Source of the DNA: an uncultured Acidobacteriota bacterium
GTDB lineage: Bacteria; Acidobacteriota; Vicinamibacteria; Vicinamibacterales; UBA2999
Length of the DNA stretch: 64,000 nt
Assembly (NCBI GenBank): GCA_963772955.1
Contig: CAVYZF010000008.1
Span: forward strand, 51,615-115,614
Direction of reading: 5' to 3'
Both the position numbers and the translations under genes were made by a program. Shown piece by piece: positions 27,724 through 38,226 of the stretch; the stretch's first letter is position 1, and every line of letters starts with the position of its first letter. The notes below the pieces were generated by a model. It did no database searches and was not told the origin of the DNA. It saw only the letters and a program-made list of their open reading frames with translations.

Positions 27724-28609
27724 GTGGCCGCGATCCGTTTCTCCAGGCGTCCGCTACGAATTGTGACCGGAGTTGCGGGAGTTGGATTCGGTCTCGTTTC
27801 GTACGTCTACCTGATGCTTCCGGACGTTCGTGCGCTTGCGACGGTCAACCCGACGTCGACCGCATTCATGAGGCTGCGGGAGCGCGAGGCGGAAGCCGAT
27901 GGGTTGAAGCCGAAGTACGCGTACCGGTGGGTGTCCTATTCGCGGATCTCGCCCAACCTGAAGCGCGCCGTGCTCGTCGCAGAGGACAGCGCGTTCTGGG
28001 ATCACGAAGGGATCGACGTCGAAGAGATTCGCCGGGCGATTCACGACGGTCTCGCAAAGGGGCAGGCGCCGCGTGGCGCCAGCACGATCACGCAACAGCT
28101 CGCGAAGAATCTCTACCTCTCGCCTTCGTACGATCCGATGCGGAAGGTCAAGGAGCTGATCATCGCGCGGCGTCTCGAGGTCGCGTTGTCCAAGACGCGG
28201 ATCCTCGAGCTCTATCTGAACGTGATCGAATGGGGTGACAGGGTCTGGGGAGCCGAGGCCGCGGCCCGGACCTACTTCGGTACTCCCGCAGCGTCGCTTT
28301 CACGTCAGCAGTCGGCGCTTCTCGCCGGTGCGATCGTCAACCCCAGGCTGCTGACACCAGCTCGGCCGACGCGCCGTCTCTTGCGACGCCAGACGAATCA
28401 TCCTCGCCCGCATGGGCAGCGGAGACCAGCCCGCGCCACGAGTGGCCAGCACCCCTGATCTGGAATCCGACGCGGAGCCCGAGCCGGCGCTCCCGCCGAG
28501 ATTTCCACTGTCAGTTGACGAGGAAGATGCCCGGGAGGGCGGTGGGGAAGCGGAGGTCCCGGCAGAATCGGCGCCGGAACCACCCGCGGAACAGAGTCCG
28601 CCAGCGTGA
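27724..28609 (+). CDS. mtgA: Monofunctional peptidoglycan transglycosylase (apparent one-base insertion near 28393, Pro/Glu-rich tail)
   Basis: AEDSAFWDHEG, GASTITQQLAKNLYL, RKVKE, ILELYLN. Removing one base gives RRQRIILARM, continuing into ORF 28412-28609. Confidence 0.85.
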
Positions 28610-28647
28610 GCAACTGTGTGCGTATGGCTCAGTGAAGGTCGTTCGAG

Positions 28648-29484
28648 TTGGCGCCGAAAAGTGTGAATGCTCAAATGATGAACTACACCGAGCACGTCCG
28701 CCAGCTGATGTCGGATATCGTCCTGCGCGTGCCCAGGCTGTCGTTTCTGGACATGAACCGCATCCTGGTGTTCGCGCGCTCTGGACGTGCCGACCGGGAG
28801 GGCCCGTACGCGACGTGTCACTGCGTCTCTCTTCCCGCGAGCGATCCTGGCTATTACTTCTGGCGTGATCAAACGACCGGGGCGCTGACCCGGCGATCGG
28901 AGTGGTTCGTCACGAAGTCTCCGGTCGTGCGCGTCTGCGGGAATCGGATCGATTACATGGTGTCGTTCACGCTGCCGCGGTTCTGCGACCAGCGTCGAAT
29001 CAGTGCAAGCAAACGGGCCCGATACGCCGGACATCCCCATTGGATGGCGAAGCTGGACACGATCATCCACGAGCTCTACCACATCGATCCGCAGCAGCCG
29101 GGCATCCGCCGCATCGAACGCGCCGACGGATCACCCTCGACGAAGTGCCACAGCCCGGCCTTCTTCAAGGATGTCGTCGAGATGGTCACGCAGTATTTGA
29201 CCAGCGATCCCGATCCACAGACGCTCGAGTTCCTGCGCTACGACTTCGCGGGCCTGACCGCACGGTATGGCGGTGTGGTCGCCACCACCTTCAGGGCCTC
29301 GTCGTATCCACGGCGCTACATCGAGGTTGTCAGGCCGCAGCCGGAAGCACAGAGCCACGACTGTCCGGTCGAGCCACTCGAGCTGCCGCGAGTGACCACG
29401 CACTTCTCGGAGAAGGATCTGGTGACGCGAAGATTCTGGGCCGATAGTGCTGTCGCGCGGAAGGGGAAGGTTCGCGCCGCTTAG
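28648..29484 (+). CDS. Putative zinc metallopeptidase (HEXXH)
   Basis: KLDTIIHELYH with a downstream His (KCHS). Confidence 0.65.
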   Translation: MAPKSVNAQMMNYTEHVRQLMSDIVLRVPRLSFLDMNRILVFARSGRADREGPYATCHCVSLPASDPGYYFWRDQTTGALTRRSEWFVTKSPVVRVCGNRIDYMVSFTLPRFCDQRRISASKRARYAGHPHWMAKLDTIIHELYHIDPQQPGIRRIERADGSPSTKCHSPAFFKDVVEMVTQYLTSDPDPQTLEFLRYDFAGLTARYGGVVATTFRASSYPRRYIEVVRPQPEAQSHDCPVEPLELPRVTTHFSEKDLVTRRFWADSAVARKGKVRAA

Positions 29485-29990
29485 GAAACGCGCCGGGCGC
29501 CGACCCACCGCGACGCCCAGTAGCCGTTCGTATAACTCTCCACTCGTACGACACCGCGTGAGCTCGGTGCATGGACGAACTGGCCCGCTCCGAGCGCGAT
29601 GCCCACGTGCGAAGGCCCTCGACTGACGGTCTCGAAGAACACGAGATCCCCCGCCTGAACATCGTCACGATTTAGCTTCTTTCCCTCGTCGTACTGCGCA
29701 CGCGTTTCGCGCGGGAGGCTCGTCCCGTGTTGAGCGAAGACCCACTGCACGAAGCCGCTGCAATCGAACCCGCGTGACGGCTCGGTTCCGCCGTTCCGGT
29801 ACGGAGTACCTCGGAGAGCCATCGCGGTCGCGATCAGATCGGTAGACGCAGCGGTGTCCGTGCGTGCGGGCGGAGGTGTGTTTGCGCCCGGGAACGGCTG
29901 TGGCCTCGGCACTCCGCCACCACTCGCGCACCCGGCGAGGATGGCCGATGAGAGCACCGATACGAGGAACCAACCGGCTCGGGCCGTCAT
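29481..29990 (-). CDS. NlpC/P60 family lipoprotein
   Basis: Lipobox LAGC, GTPYRNGG, FDCSGF, GDLVFF, HVGI, FVHAPS. Confidence 0.93.
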   Translation of the reverse strand: MTARAGWFLVSVLSSAILAGCASGGGVPRPQPFPGANTPPPARTDTAASTDLIATAMALRGTPYRNGGTEPSRGFDCSGFVQWVFAQHGTSLPRETRAQYDEGKKLNRDDVQAGDLVFFETVSRGPSHVGIALGAGQFVHAPSSRGVVRVESYTNGYWASRWVGARRVS

Positions 29991-30048
29991 TTCATGTCAG
30001 TGTATCGTCGTAACTCTCCTGTTGCTTAGAGTTTATGGTGTCGGAACC

Positions 30049-30077
30049 TTGACAGCCCTCTCGCCCTCTTGCATGAT
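30049..30077 (+). promoter_or_regulatory. sigma-70-type promoter of the HNH gene
   Basis: TTGACA-N17-CATGAT, 11 nt before the ATG (near-leaderless). Confidence 0.6.
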
Positions 30078-30088
30078 GGGTTCAAGAT

Positions 30089-30622
30089 ATGCAGCAGGCG
30101 CTTCTCCTAAACGCGACGTTCGAGCCGCTCAAGGTCGTCGACTGGCAGAAGGCGATAACGCTGTGGTGCCAGGGCAAGGTGGAGGTCATCGCCCATCACG
30201 ACCGCGAGGTGCACTCGGTCAAGTTCACGTTCAAGCTTCCGTCGGTCATCCGGTTGCTTCGGTTCGTCAAGATCAAGCGCCGGTTCGACTACGTTCCGTT
30301 TTCGCGGGCGAACATCTATTCGCGTGACCGGTATGTCTGCCAGTACTGCCACCGGGCGTTTCCAACGACTGACCTGACCTTCGACCACGTGGTTCCCGTT
30401 GCCCAGGGTGGCCGCAAGGACTGGGAGAACATCGTCACCTGCTGTGTCGGATGCAATCGGCTCAAGGGCGGGCGCACGCCCGCCGAGGCCGGGATGAGGC
30501 TGCTCAAGCCTCCGCGGAGACCTGACTCCGCGCCAGCCATTCGCATCACGGTCGGGATGCGAGACGCACCCGAGAGCTGGCGTGACTATCTGTATTGGAA
30601 CGTCGAGCTAGACGATACTTAA
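30089..30622 (+). CDS. HNH endonuclease family protein
   Basis: LLLNATFEP, RDRYVCQYC, DHVVP..GG..WENIVTCC..CN..KG. Confidence 0.93.
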   Translation: MQQALLLNATFEPLKVVDWQKAITLWCQGKVEVIAHHDREVHSVKFTFKLPSVIRLLRFVKIKRRFDYVPFSRANIYSRDRYVCQYCHRAFPTTDLTFDHVVPVAQGGRKDWENIVTCCVGCNRLKGGRTPAEAGMRLLKPPRRPDSAPAIRITVGMRDAPESWRDYLYWNVELDDT

Positions 30623-30631
30623 GCAAGAAGT

Positions 30632-31615
30632 TTGGCCAGGCCCACCATTGCCTCGGTAACCCCGCTGCGCGCCGTCGAGGGCGGGCGCATCACGCTGAAA
30701 GGCTCGGGGTTTCCCGTCGACACGATCCCTGAAGTGACCGTCGGTGGTCAGCGTGCCCTCGTGGCGTTCGCGTCGAGCACGCGCATCGTCGTGGCTATTC
30801 CACCGGACGTCGAATCTGGTCCGGCGCCGATTCGTATCGAGGACCTTCCCGGCGCAACTGCGTACGTCAACGTCGGAGGCGCGTGGGCGACGGGTCTTCA
30901 CCAGGTGGACAACCCGATCTTCGACGCCGACGGCAATCTGTTCGTCACCTACAGCGGATCGCGCGGCCAGGAATCGCCCGTTTCGATCTTTCGAGTGACG
31001 CGCGCCGGAACGCGCGAGCCGTTCGTCTCCGGCATCGTCAACGCGACGTCGATGGCGATCGGACCCGACGGACACCTGTATGTCTCGAGCCGATTCGAAG
31101 GCGCCGTCTATCGCGTCACGCACGAAGGCAAACATGAACTGGTCGTGTCGGAGCTGGGTGTGGCGTGTGGCCTTGCGTTCGATGGCGAAGGGCGCCTGTA
31201 CGTCGGCGATCGATCGGGGACGATCTTTCGAGTTCGCGACGGCCATGCGGAGCCGTTCGCGACGTTACCCGCAAGCGTCGCCGCCTTTCACCTCGCGATC
31301 AGTCCTGACGGTGAGCTCTTCGCCAGCGGCCCGACGCTCTCGACCTACGATCACGTTTATCGCATCGGCTCCGACGGCAACGTGCGCTCTGTCCTCGCGA
31401 CGTTCGGCCGTCCTCAAGGCCTTGCGTTCTCGCCAGGCAATGGCGGCCTTCACGTCGTCGACGCTCTCGCCGGTCGCAGCGGGTTGTATTGTCTGAAGGA
31501 TCTCGAGGGCGAGCCCGAGCTTCTCGTGGCGGGCGGCTTCATCGGCGTGGCGTTCGGTCCATCAGGCGAGATGGCCGTCACCTCCAACGACACGGCCTAC
31601 CGTTTCGATTCCTAG
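30632..31615 (+). CDS. IPT/TIG domain plus gluconolactonase/NHL-like beta-propeller protein
   Basis: PTIASVTP..GGRITLKGSGF, then repeated blades (FDADGNLFV, IGPDGHLYV, FDGEGRLYV). Confidence 0.8.
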   Translation: MARPTIASVTPLRAVEGGRITLKGSGFPVDTIPEVTVGGQRALVAFASSTRIVVAIPPDVESGPAPIRIEDLPGATAYVNVGGAWATGLHQVDNPIFDADGNLFVTYSGSRGQESPVSIFRVTRAGTREPFVSGIVNATSMAIGPDGHLYVSSRFEGAVYRVTHEGKHELVVSELGVACGLAFDGEGRLYVGDRSGTIFRVRDGHAEPFATLPASVAAFHLAISPDGELFASGPTLSTYDHVYRIGSDGNVRSVLATFGRPQGLAFSPGNGGLHVVDALAGRSGLYCLKDLEGEPELLVAGGFIGVAFGPSGEMAVTSNDTAYRFDS

Positions 31616-31648
31616 ATCACGCCTCGTACTGCAGGACCACGCAGACGC

Positions 31649-31670
31649 AGATGTGCGGGGTCAGACCCCT
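31649..31670. repeat. Dispersed GGGTCAGACCC palindromic element, copy 1
   Basis: Near-exact reverse complement of 49418-49438. Confidence 0.7.
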
Positions 31671-31688
31671 TGACAGTTTGTCACCGGT

Positions 31689-32132
31689 CTAGGGGTTGGC
31701 GACGGTACCCTTCGGTCCTTCCGGCGCTGGCTCACCGAAGTTTGCCGTGCGGTAGATCTCTTTCCCGCTGTCGGTCGCGACGATGTTGGCGCGCTCGGTG
31801 AGGTTCAGATACGGCGCTCCGCTCTTCAGGCGGCGACCGATGAAGGTGAGCTTCATTCCAGCTTTGATCGTCGACGGTGTCCAGCCGAACTGTTTGATCA
31901 ACTGCTGGGGTCCACCCAGTTCCGCCTGCCACCTGACAGGCTTGCCGTTCTCCACCGCGTCGAACACGATCCGTGCGTGCGGGTTCACCATCTGCACGTC
32001 GACGACCGTGCCGCTGACGGTGACGACCTCCTGGTTGTAGCGGTCGGCATCGCCGTGATGCGCGACGGCCCGGCTCGACCAGACGAGCACTCCGATAGTC
32101 ACCGACATCGCGACGAGTAGCGTTCGATTCAT
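31689..32132 (-). CDS. DUF6152-like secreted protein
   Basis: Signal peptide ending AVA-HHG; GTV...NPH; W.AELG. Confidence 0.75.
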   Translation of the reverse strand: MNRTLLVAMSVTIGVLVWSSRAVAHHGDADRYNQEVVTVSGTVVDVQMVNPHARIVFDAVENGKPVRWQAELGGPQQLIKQFGWTPSTIKAGMKLTFIGRRLKSGAPYLNLTERANIVATDSGKEIYRTANFGEPAPEGPKGTVANP

Positions 32133-32287
32133 AGCGGATTCTCCCGACCTTCCCCCCGGCGCCTTCGCTCCGGCAGCCGTGCTGGACAATTTGTCACTGT
32201 GAGGCGGACCTGTCAAATCAGACATGCCAGCCGTGCCTGCGGCCCCATCCCTTCCAGCCGCGCAGTGTGGAACATCGTCTGACGGAA

Positions 32288-33055
32288 TCATCCCTTCTTG
32301 ACGTTCTGCAGGATCACCGGCGCCGCAGCGTAGTTCTCAATCGCGAGCGTTTTGGCGTCGTTGTCGACGATGACCTTGGAGGTCAATGACGTTTTACCTT
32401 CGCCAAGCCCCTTGGCGTTCAGTCGAAGCTCGATGACCGTGAACTCGTAGTCCGTCGCAGGTTCGGTCGGCTTCCATTGAATCGACCCTCCTCCGAGCAC
32501 ACGGCTCGTTGCCAGCACAATACGTTCACCACCTGCTGGTAGCGGCAGGCGATAGGCGTACTTGATCGAATAGCCGGTCGCTTCGTCGGTCCAGATGTAC
32601 CCGATGGTTGGAGCCTTGACGAGGGCGGTCGTCAGCGCCTCGATCGGAGTAATCGGCTTCGGCGGTGGCGGCGCTTCGCCGCGACCACCGCGTCCGTCTC
32701 GACCGCCGCCGCGTCCCGCCCGGCCTGCACGACCGGCGTTTCCGCGATCAGGTGCGGGCGCCGCGTCAGCGTCCGGCGCAGGTGGCGCAGGTGCTGGAAC
32801 CGCAGGTGGCGGTGGTGGAGGCGGCGGGGGCGGCGGTGTATTCAATGCCGCGATCAAAGGTGCGCGCTCTTCGTCCGTGGACCAGCGCTGGATCCGGATG
32901 TTGACGGGACTCCCTGGTCGCGCGACGTGAGCGGACGTCGCCGCGAAGGTCGCTTGCGGAGCCTGCGTGAAAGAAGTCTGTGCGGATGCAAATGAGACGC
33001 TGATGCCGATGATCAGCGTGTAGCCGAGAACTCGTAGTCCGTTGCCCATGGTCAC
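32288..33055 (-). CDS. Secreted hypothetical protein with a Pro/Gly-Arg-rich insert
   Basis: Signal peptide; IQRWSTDEER, YEFTVIELRL and GEGK motifs flank a poly-Pro tract. Confidence 0.7.
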   Translation of the reverse strand: MTMGNGLRVLGYTLIIGISVSFASAQTSFTQAPQATFAATSAHVARPGSPVNIRIQRWSTDEERAPLIAALNTPPPPPPPPPPPAVPAPAPPAPDADAAPAPDRGNAGRAGRAGRGGGRDGRGGRGEAPPPPKPITPIEALTTALVKAPTIGYIWTDEATGYSIKYAYRLPLPAGGERIVLATSRVLGGGSIQWKPTEPATDYEFTVIELRLNAKGLGEGKTSLTSKVIVDNDAKTLAIENYAAAPVILQNVKKG

Positions 33056-33100
33056 CGAGGAGGATACGACGAATCGTCCTTCGGGGCCACGTTCGTCGAC

Positions 33101-33844
33101 TCACTTCTGATGGGGTTGCACGAGGACGAGCAGCGCGCCGTGTGGATCGCGAACGCTCGTCAGCAGTCCTGCGCGCGGAACATCGAGTGGTCCGAACTCT
33201 GCCTTCCCGCCCGCGGCCGAGACCCTGGCGACCGACGCCTGGAGATCGTCGACCTCAAACAGCACCTGCCATCGCGGTGGGACGTTCCAGTCCGCTCCGA
33301 TTGGCAGCAGTCCACCGACGGCCTTCTCGCCGCGTCTCCACACGACGTAGAGCGGATGCGGTGCGAGGGACTGTTCCGTGAACTGCCATCGAAAGAGACG
33401 GGTGTAGAACGCCTGAAGAACCGATGGTGTCTGCGCCAGAACTTCGGCCCACCAGATCGTTCCAGCGCCCTCAGTCAGCGTTGCGACCTGGTCATCGTCA
33501 GCAGCACAGAGACCGATGACTGCGCCTTCGGGATCTGTGATGACCGAACCGTCGACAACCGTCCCGCCAGCTTGCGCGGCAACTTTTGCACACGCAGCCA
33601 CATCGTCGACTGCGACGTAGGGAATCCAGAGGTCGTCACCTGCCGTGCTACGGCGAACACCGGCCACGCGCTGACCACGCAGTGTGAACGAGGGTGTCGC
33701 GCCGTCCTGCAGTTGCCAGCCGAAGATCTCGCCGTAGAAGCGAGCCGCCGACACGACATCGCGCGTGTGAAGCAGCGCCGTGCGGAGCGTGCCTGTCGTT
33801 TCTAGATCTTCTTGCTGTGCAAGCTCCCGAGCGCGACCAGACAT
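33101..33844 (-). CDS. VOC/glyoxalase family protein (two domains)
   Basis: AARFYGEIFGW, WIPYVAVDD, DPEGA; a second domain ending DPHGA. Confidence 0.85.
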   Translation of the reverse strand: MSGRARELAQQEDLETTGTLRTALLHTRDVVSAARFYGEIFGWQLQDGATPSFTLRGQRVAGVRRSTAGDDLWIPYVAVDDVAACAKVAAQAGGTVVDGSVITDPEGAVIGLCAADDDQVATLTEGAGTIWWAEVLAQTPSVLQAFYTRLFRWQFTEQSLAPHPLYVVWRRGEKAVGGLLPIGADWNVPPRWQVLFEVDDLQASVARVSAAGGKAEFGPLDVPRAGLLTSVRDPHGALLVLVQPHQK

Positions 33845-34061
33845 TCCTCGTCCTCATCGGGTTCTTCGACGGCGACCGAGCCGCTCAGGCCCGTCGGTGA
33901 GTGAGGTCTGGGGACTCTCACTCCGCTGTCAGGTTCGAACCGCGTCCAGGGCGGATCGAAGCCCTGCTCGCTTCCCGATGCGCGACGTGACACAAGACCC
34001 TTGAGCCATTCCAACATACGGGATCACGGATCCTACACCCGTCATCTGCCGATGACGACAC

Positions 34062-34517
34062 TCAACTTCTGTTGAGTGAGCGGGCGTCCGAGCCGATCGA
34101 ATCGGCGGCAAGGTTCCTCGCACGGTCGAGGAACGTGTGGACCGGGTGCTCTGAAAGCAGGGAAGCCGCCTCGGCGAAGGTCGTCCAGCGGCGCTCCCTG
34201 AAGCCGGCTTCCCGCCAGCGGGCGTGCTGCTCGAGAACCTCCATGAGGTAGAGCGTCACCTCGAAGGTCGCGTCCCATTTCTCGTACTGGTAGGTGCCGA
34301 GAGACCTTCCGATCAGCCGACCTGAAATCCCGGCCTCTTCCCAGGCTTCCTTGAGCGCCGTCTCCTCGTGAGTGTCACCTCGATCGACGAGCCCTTTCGG
34401 CACGCCCCAGTTTCTCGATCCCATTTTGCGAATGAGGCAGACCTCGAGGTCGTCGTGTTTCGATCGGACGGCGATTGCGGCCGCCTGCTGCGGGATCGGA
34501 GCACGCTTATGAGGCAT
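34062..34517 (-). CDS. NUDIX hydrolase
   Basis: WGVPKG...ETALKEAWEEAG Nudix box. Confidence 0.9.
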   Translation of the reverse strand: MPHKRAPIPQQAAAIAVRSKHDDLEVCLIRKMGSRNWGVPKGLVDRGDTHEETALKEAWEEAGISGRLIGRSLGTYQYEKWDATFEVTLYLMEVLEQHARWREAGFRERRWTTFAEAASLLSEHPVHTFLDRARNLAADSIGSDARSLNRS

Positions 34518-34588
34518 GGTCGTCTACCACCCGCATGGTACACGGATGGTGCAACGACATCGTATCGAGTTTTCGGTCGACTGCTCAG

Positions 34589-34693
34589 TCAATACCCGGC
34601 AAGAGCTACACCCAACAGCTCGGCGACGACCCGAGGCGACCAATGCTCGGAGAACTGGGCGAGCTTCTCTCTGAGGTCGATGGCGGTTCTCAT
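34589..34693 (-). pseudogene. Truncated cupin-domain gene (N-terminal 26 codons)
   Basis: MRTAIDLREKLAQFSEHWSPRVVAEL matches the start of a common small cupin family, then reads LGVALAGY* into unrelated sequence. RBS GAGG present. Confidence 0.65.
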
Positions 34694-34708
34694 GGGTTCC
34701 TCGCTTCA

Positions 34709-34732
34709 GGTCCGGCTCAAGCCGGACGCTAC
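34709..34732 (-). repeat. GTAG-type REP-like hairpin
   Basis: GTAGCGTCCGGCTTGAGCCGGACC; its TAG is the ATPase stop codon. Confidence 0.65.
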
Positions 34733-37053
34733 AGCGGCGCGCGTCGCAGCCGCAGCGCGTTGGCAATCACCGATACCGAGCTGAAGGTCATCGCCGCGCT
34801 CGCGATCATCGGGCTGAGCAACACTCCCAGCACCGGATACAGGATGCCCGCCGCGACGGGGACACCCAGCGTGTTGTAGACAAACGCGAAGAACAGGTTC
34901 TGCCGGATGTTCCCCATCGTCGCGCGGCTGAGCCGCCGCGCGCGGACGATGCCGCGCAGATCCCCTTTGACGAGCGTGACGCCCGCACTCTCCATCGCGA
35001 TGTCCGTGCCGGTGCCCATGGCGATCCCCACGTCCGCCTGCGCAAGGGCCGGGGCGTCGTTGATGCCGTCGCCAGCCATCGCAACGCGCTCGCCTTGTGC
35101 CTGCAGGCGCTTGACGACTGCGGCCTTCTGATCTGGCAGCACGTCGGCCTCGACGCGATCGATGCCGACCGACGTCGCGACGGCATCCGCGGTCGTGCGA
35201 TTGTCACCCGTCAGCATCACGACCTTGACTCCATCGGCATGCAGCGCGCGGATGGCTTCGGCAGTCGTCGTCTTGATGGGATCGGCAACGCCGAGCAGAC
35301 CCGCAGCGTTCGCGTCGATGGCAACGAAGACGACCGTCTGTCCCTGGCGGCGGAGGTCGTCGGCTCGATTGCGAAGAGATCCGGGGTCGATCCCGAGCGC
35401 TTCCAGATGCCGGACGTTGCCGATCGCGACGCGCCGACCATCGACGACGCCGGCCACGCCCTGGCCGGTGACTGACTCGAACTGGTGCACATCGGCGAGC
35501 CCGACAAGTCGCTCCTTCGCTCCCGTCACGATGGCCGCGGCAAGCGGATGCTCGCTGACGTGCTCGAGGCTCGCGGCCAGACGCAGCAACACGTTGGCGT
35601 CGAAACCACCGATCGGCTCCACGGTGACGAGTCGTGGCTTCCCCTCGGTCAACGTTCCTGTCTTGTCCACGACGATGGTCGTCACTTTCTCCATCGTCTC
35701 GAGCGCCTCGGCGCTGCGAATCAGGACGCCGGCTTCAGCGCCGCGACCAGTGCCGACCATGATCGACATCGGCGTGGCGAGACCGAGCGCGCACGGGCAC
35801 GCGATGATCAACACCGCCACCGCGTTCAGAAGCGCATAGGCGAGTCGCGGCTCTGGTCCGTAGACCGACCAGACGACGAACGTGATCAGCGCAACGGCGA
35901 TGACGGTGGGCACGAACCACGAGGACACGGCGTCGGCCAGCCGCTGAATCGGTGCGCGCGAACGCTGAGCCTCGCTGACCATGCGTACGACCTGCGCGAG
36001 CAATGTGTCGCGCCCGACCCGGTCGGCGCGCATGATGAACGTCCCGGTGCCATTGACCGTGCCGCCGGTGACCAAGGCGTCGGCCGCCTTCTCGACCGGG
36101 ATAGGCTCGCCGGTCACCATCGATTCATCGACAGTCGTCCTGCCGTCGAGAACTGTTCCGTCAACAGGGACTCGCTCACCTGGACGAACGCGCAGGCGAT
36201 CGCCGGCCGCAACGTACTCGAGCGGTACATCGTGCTCGCTGCCATCGGATTCCACTCGACGCGCGGTCTTCGGGGCGAGACCGAGCAGGCCGCGAATCGC
36301 CGTACTCGTCCGGCTCCGCGCGCGCAACTCCAGGACCTGACCAAGCAGCACGAGCACGACGATGACCGCTGCAGGCTCGAAGTAGACGGCCACCTCACCT
36401 CCCATGCGGAAGGAGTCGGGGAAGAGGCCCGGCGCGAGAACCGCCGCAACGCTGTAGCCGTACGCAGCGGCGACGCCCAGCGCGATGAGCGTGAACATGT
36501 TGAGATACCGATTGACGATCGATGCCCAGCCGCGCTCGAAGAATGGTGCTGCGCCCCACCAGACGACGGGAGTCGCCAGCGCGAATTCGAGCCAGTTGCG
36601 CAGGCTGTGTGAGACGACATGTTCCAGGGGGCGACCTGGCAGAAGCTCCGCCATCATGAACCCGAGAATCGGCGCGGAGAGGGCGAGCGACACGTAGAAG
36701 CGTCGCGTCATGTCCTCCAGTTCGACGTTGCGCTCTTCGACGTGCCCCGCGTCGGCCGGTTCGAGCGCCATGCCGCAGATCGGGCACGCCCCGGGTCCCT
36801 TCTGGCGCACCTCCGGATGCATCGGGCAGGTGTACTCGGCCTCGCGATCGACGAGAGCTGCGACACGTTGATCGGGGTTGAGGAACTGCTCCGGGTTCTC
36901 GCGAAACTGCTGGAGGCAACTCTCGGCGCAGAAGTAGTACGTCTGACCCTTGTAGTCGAAGTGTCCGACGGCGTCGGCGGGGTCGATTGTCATCCCGCAC
37001 ACGGGATCGAGGACGCCTTCAGCCGCCTCCGGATGTTGGTGCGTCGTGGTCAA
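34729..37053 (-). CDS. copA: Cu(I)/Ag(I)-translocating P1B-type ATPase with YHS and CPMHP domains
   Basis: DPVCGM YHS domain, [32 protein letters not shown] and MxxSS. The TTG start overlaps the upstream stop. Confidence 0.93.
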   Translation of the reverse strand: MTTTHQHPEAAEGVLDPVCGMTIDPADAVGHFDYKGQTYYFCAESCLQQFRENPEQFLNPDQRVAALVDREAEYTCPMHPEVRQKGPGACPICGMALEPADAGHVEERNVELEDMTRRFYVSLALSAPILGFMMAELLPGRPLEHVVSHSLRNWLEFALATPVVWWGAAPFFERGWASIVNRYLNMFTLIALGVAAAYGYSVAAVLAPGLFPDSFRMGGEVAVYFEPAAVIVVLVLLGQVLELRARSRTSTAIRGLLGLAPKTARRVESDGSEHDVPLEYVAAGDRLRVRPGERVPVDGTVLDGRTTVDESMVTGEPIPVEKAADALVTGGTVNGTGTFIMRADRVGRDTLLAQVVRMVSEAQRSRAPIQRLADAVSSWFVPTVIAVALITFVVWSVYGPEPRLAYALLNAVAVLIIACPCALGLATPMSIMVGTGRGAEAGVLIRSAEALETMEKVTTIVVDKTGTLTEGKPRLVTVEPIGGFDANVLLRLAASLEHVSEHPLAAAIVTGAKERLVGLADVHQFESVTGQGVAGVVDGRRVAIGNVRHLEALGIDPGSLRNRADDLRRQGQTVVFVAIDANAAGLLGVADPIKTTTAEAIRALHADGVKVVMLTGDNRTTADAVATSVGIDRVEADVLPDQKAAVVKRLQAQGERVAMAGDGINDAPALAQADVGIAMGTGTDIAMESAGVTLVKGDLRGIVRARRLSRATMGNIRQNLFFAFVYNTLGVPVAAGILYPVLGVLLSPMIASAAMTFSSVSVIANALRLRRAPL

Positions 37054-37196
37054 GACTTGACGTATTGACTGGGGTTCGAGTCGAACTTCGTTTTGCAGAT
37101 CTTCGCGCAGAAGTAATAGGTCTTGCCCTTGTACTCGCTGGTGGCCGCCGCCTTCGCGGGATCCACCTGCATTCCGCACACGAGGTCTTTTTCCAT
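37050..37196 (-). CDS. Stand-alone YHS-domain metal-binding protein (48 aa)
   Basis: [13 protein letters not shown]...[33 protein letters not shown]. Below the ORF-track cutoff. Confidence 0.9.
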   Translation of the reverse strand: MEKDLVCGMQVDPAKAAATSEYKGKTYYFCAKICKTKFDSNPSQYVKS

Positions 37197-37213
37197 AATG
37201 TTCGCCTCCTATC

Positions 37214-37256
37214 GAATCCCAGGCCCCGGATCCCGGGCCCCGGATCCCGGATCCCG
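37214..37256. repeat. Heptamer tandem repeat (GGATCCC-like), intergenic
   Basis: About six degenerate 7-bp units. Confidence 0.75.
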
Positions 37257-37274
37257 AGATTACAATGCGCGCCT

Positions 37275-38189
37275 ATGCGATACCGATATCTCGCCGCATT
37301 CGTCGTAGCCCTGGCCCTTGGCTCATCCAGTGCACCGGTGGCGCAGACCGGCGTGCATCTGAATCCCGTCATCGCAAAGCTGGCCGCCGGGAAGACCGTC
37401 TACGGTCTCATCAACTCGGGCGATTTGTCGCTCGTCAACGCGCGAGAGACGGCCCGTGCTCCCGTCGACTTCGTCTACGCCGACATGGAGCACAACCCGC
37501 TCGACTTTCCCGGGCTTGCGATGTTCCTCCTCGGCCTGACCGACAAGGCTGCGATCATCAGCAAGGGCAACCTGCAACCGAACGTCGCGCTCTTCGCGCG
37601 CTTCCCGCAGGAGGCTGACGAGTCCACCTGGGTCGTGAAACAGGCGCTCGACATCGGTCTCATGGGGGTCGTCTTCAACGGCGTGGACACGAAGGAGCAG
37701 GCGGTGACCGCCGTGCAGTCGATGCGATATCCGCCACTCAAAGGGGAAACGCGCCGCGAACCAGTTGGGATTCGCGGGTACGGTACCGGCGGTGCGACCT
37801 GGGCATGGGGCGTCAACGCCGCCGAATACGAACGCCGTGCTGATGTCTGGCCGCTGAACCCGGACGGCGATCTTATTGCCATCGTCATGATCGAATCGGT
37901 CGTCGGACTGAAGAACCTCGACGCGATCGCTGCGGTTCCCGGTGTCGGCGCACTGTTCCTCGGCGCGGGTTCCGACCTCTCGCGCTCGCTCGGTGTTCGT
38001 CCGAACACGCCCGAGGTCGAAGCTGCTTTTCAGCAGGTGTTGAGCGCGTGCAAGTCTCACAAGGTTGCCTGCGGCATCACGGCCGGCTCGGGCGCCGACG
38101 TCGCGCGCCGCGTCAAGGAGGGCTGGAACATCATCCGCTCCACGGTGCCGGCGATTACGCAGGGCCGGCAACTCATGGGCGAGAAGTAA
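37275..38189 (+). CDS. HpcH/HpaI aldolase-family protein with a signal peptide
   Basis: DMEH, KQALDIG, MRYPP, MIES, G.SDLS motifs; N-terminal MRYRYLAAFVVALALG. Confidence 0.85.
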   Translation: MRYRYLAAFVVALALGSSSAPVAQTGVHLNPVIAKLAAGKTVYGLINSGDLSLVNARETARAPVDFVYADMEHNPLDFPGLAMFLLGLTDKAAIISKGNLQPNVALFARFPQEADESTWVVKQALDIGLMGVVFNGVDTKEQAVTAVQSMRYPPLKGETRREPVGIRGYGTGGATWAWGVNAAEYERRADVWPLNPDGDLIAIVMIESVVGLKNLDAIAAVPGVGALFLGAGSDLSRSLGVRPNTPEVEAAFQQVLSACKSHKVACGITAGSGADVARRVKEGWNIIRSTVPAITQGRQLMGEK

Positions 38190-38226
38190 CCGGGATCCGC
38201 GGGCCCCGGATTCCGAGTCCCGCACA

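Noticed and set aside
30089-30622. HNH as a defence or homing nuclease
   Set aside because: It matches the widespread stand-alone HNH family, with no methylase, intron or defence context.
33802-34017. 71-aa ORF MLEWLKGL...
   Set aside because: No recognisable motif, and it overlaps the VOC gene start. It cannot be supported.
37053-37179. N-terminal extension of the copper ATPase given in the ORF track
   Set aside because: This interval is better explained by the separate YHS gene in another frame with its own RBS.
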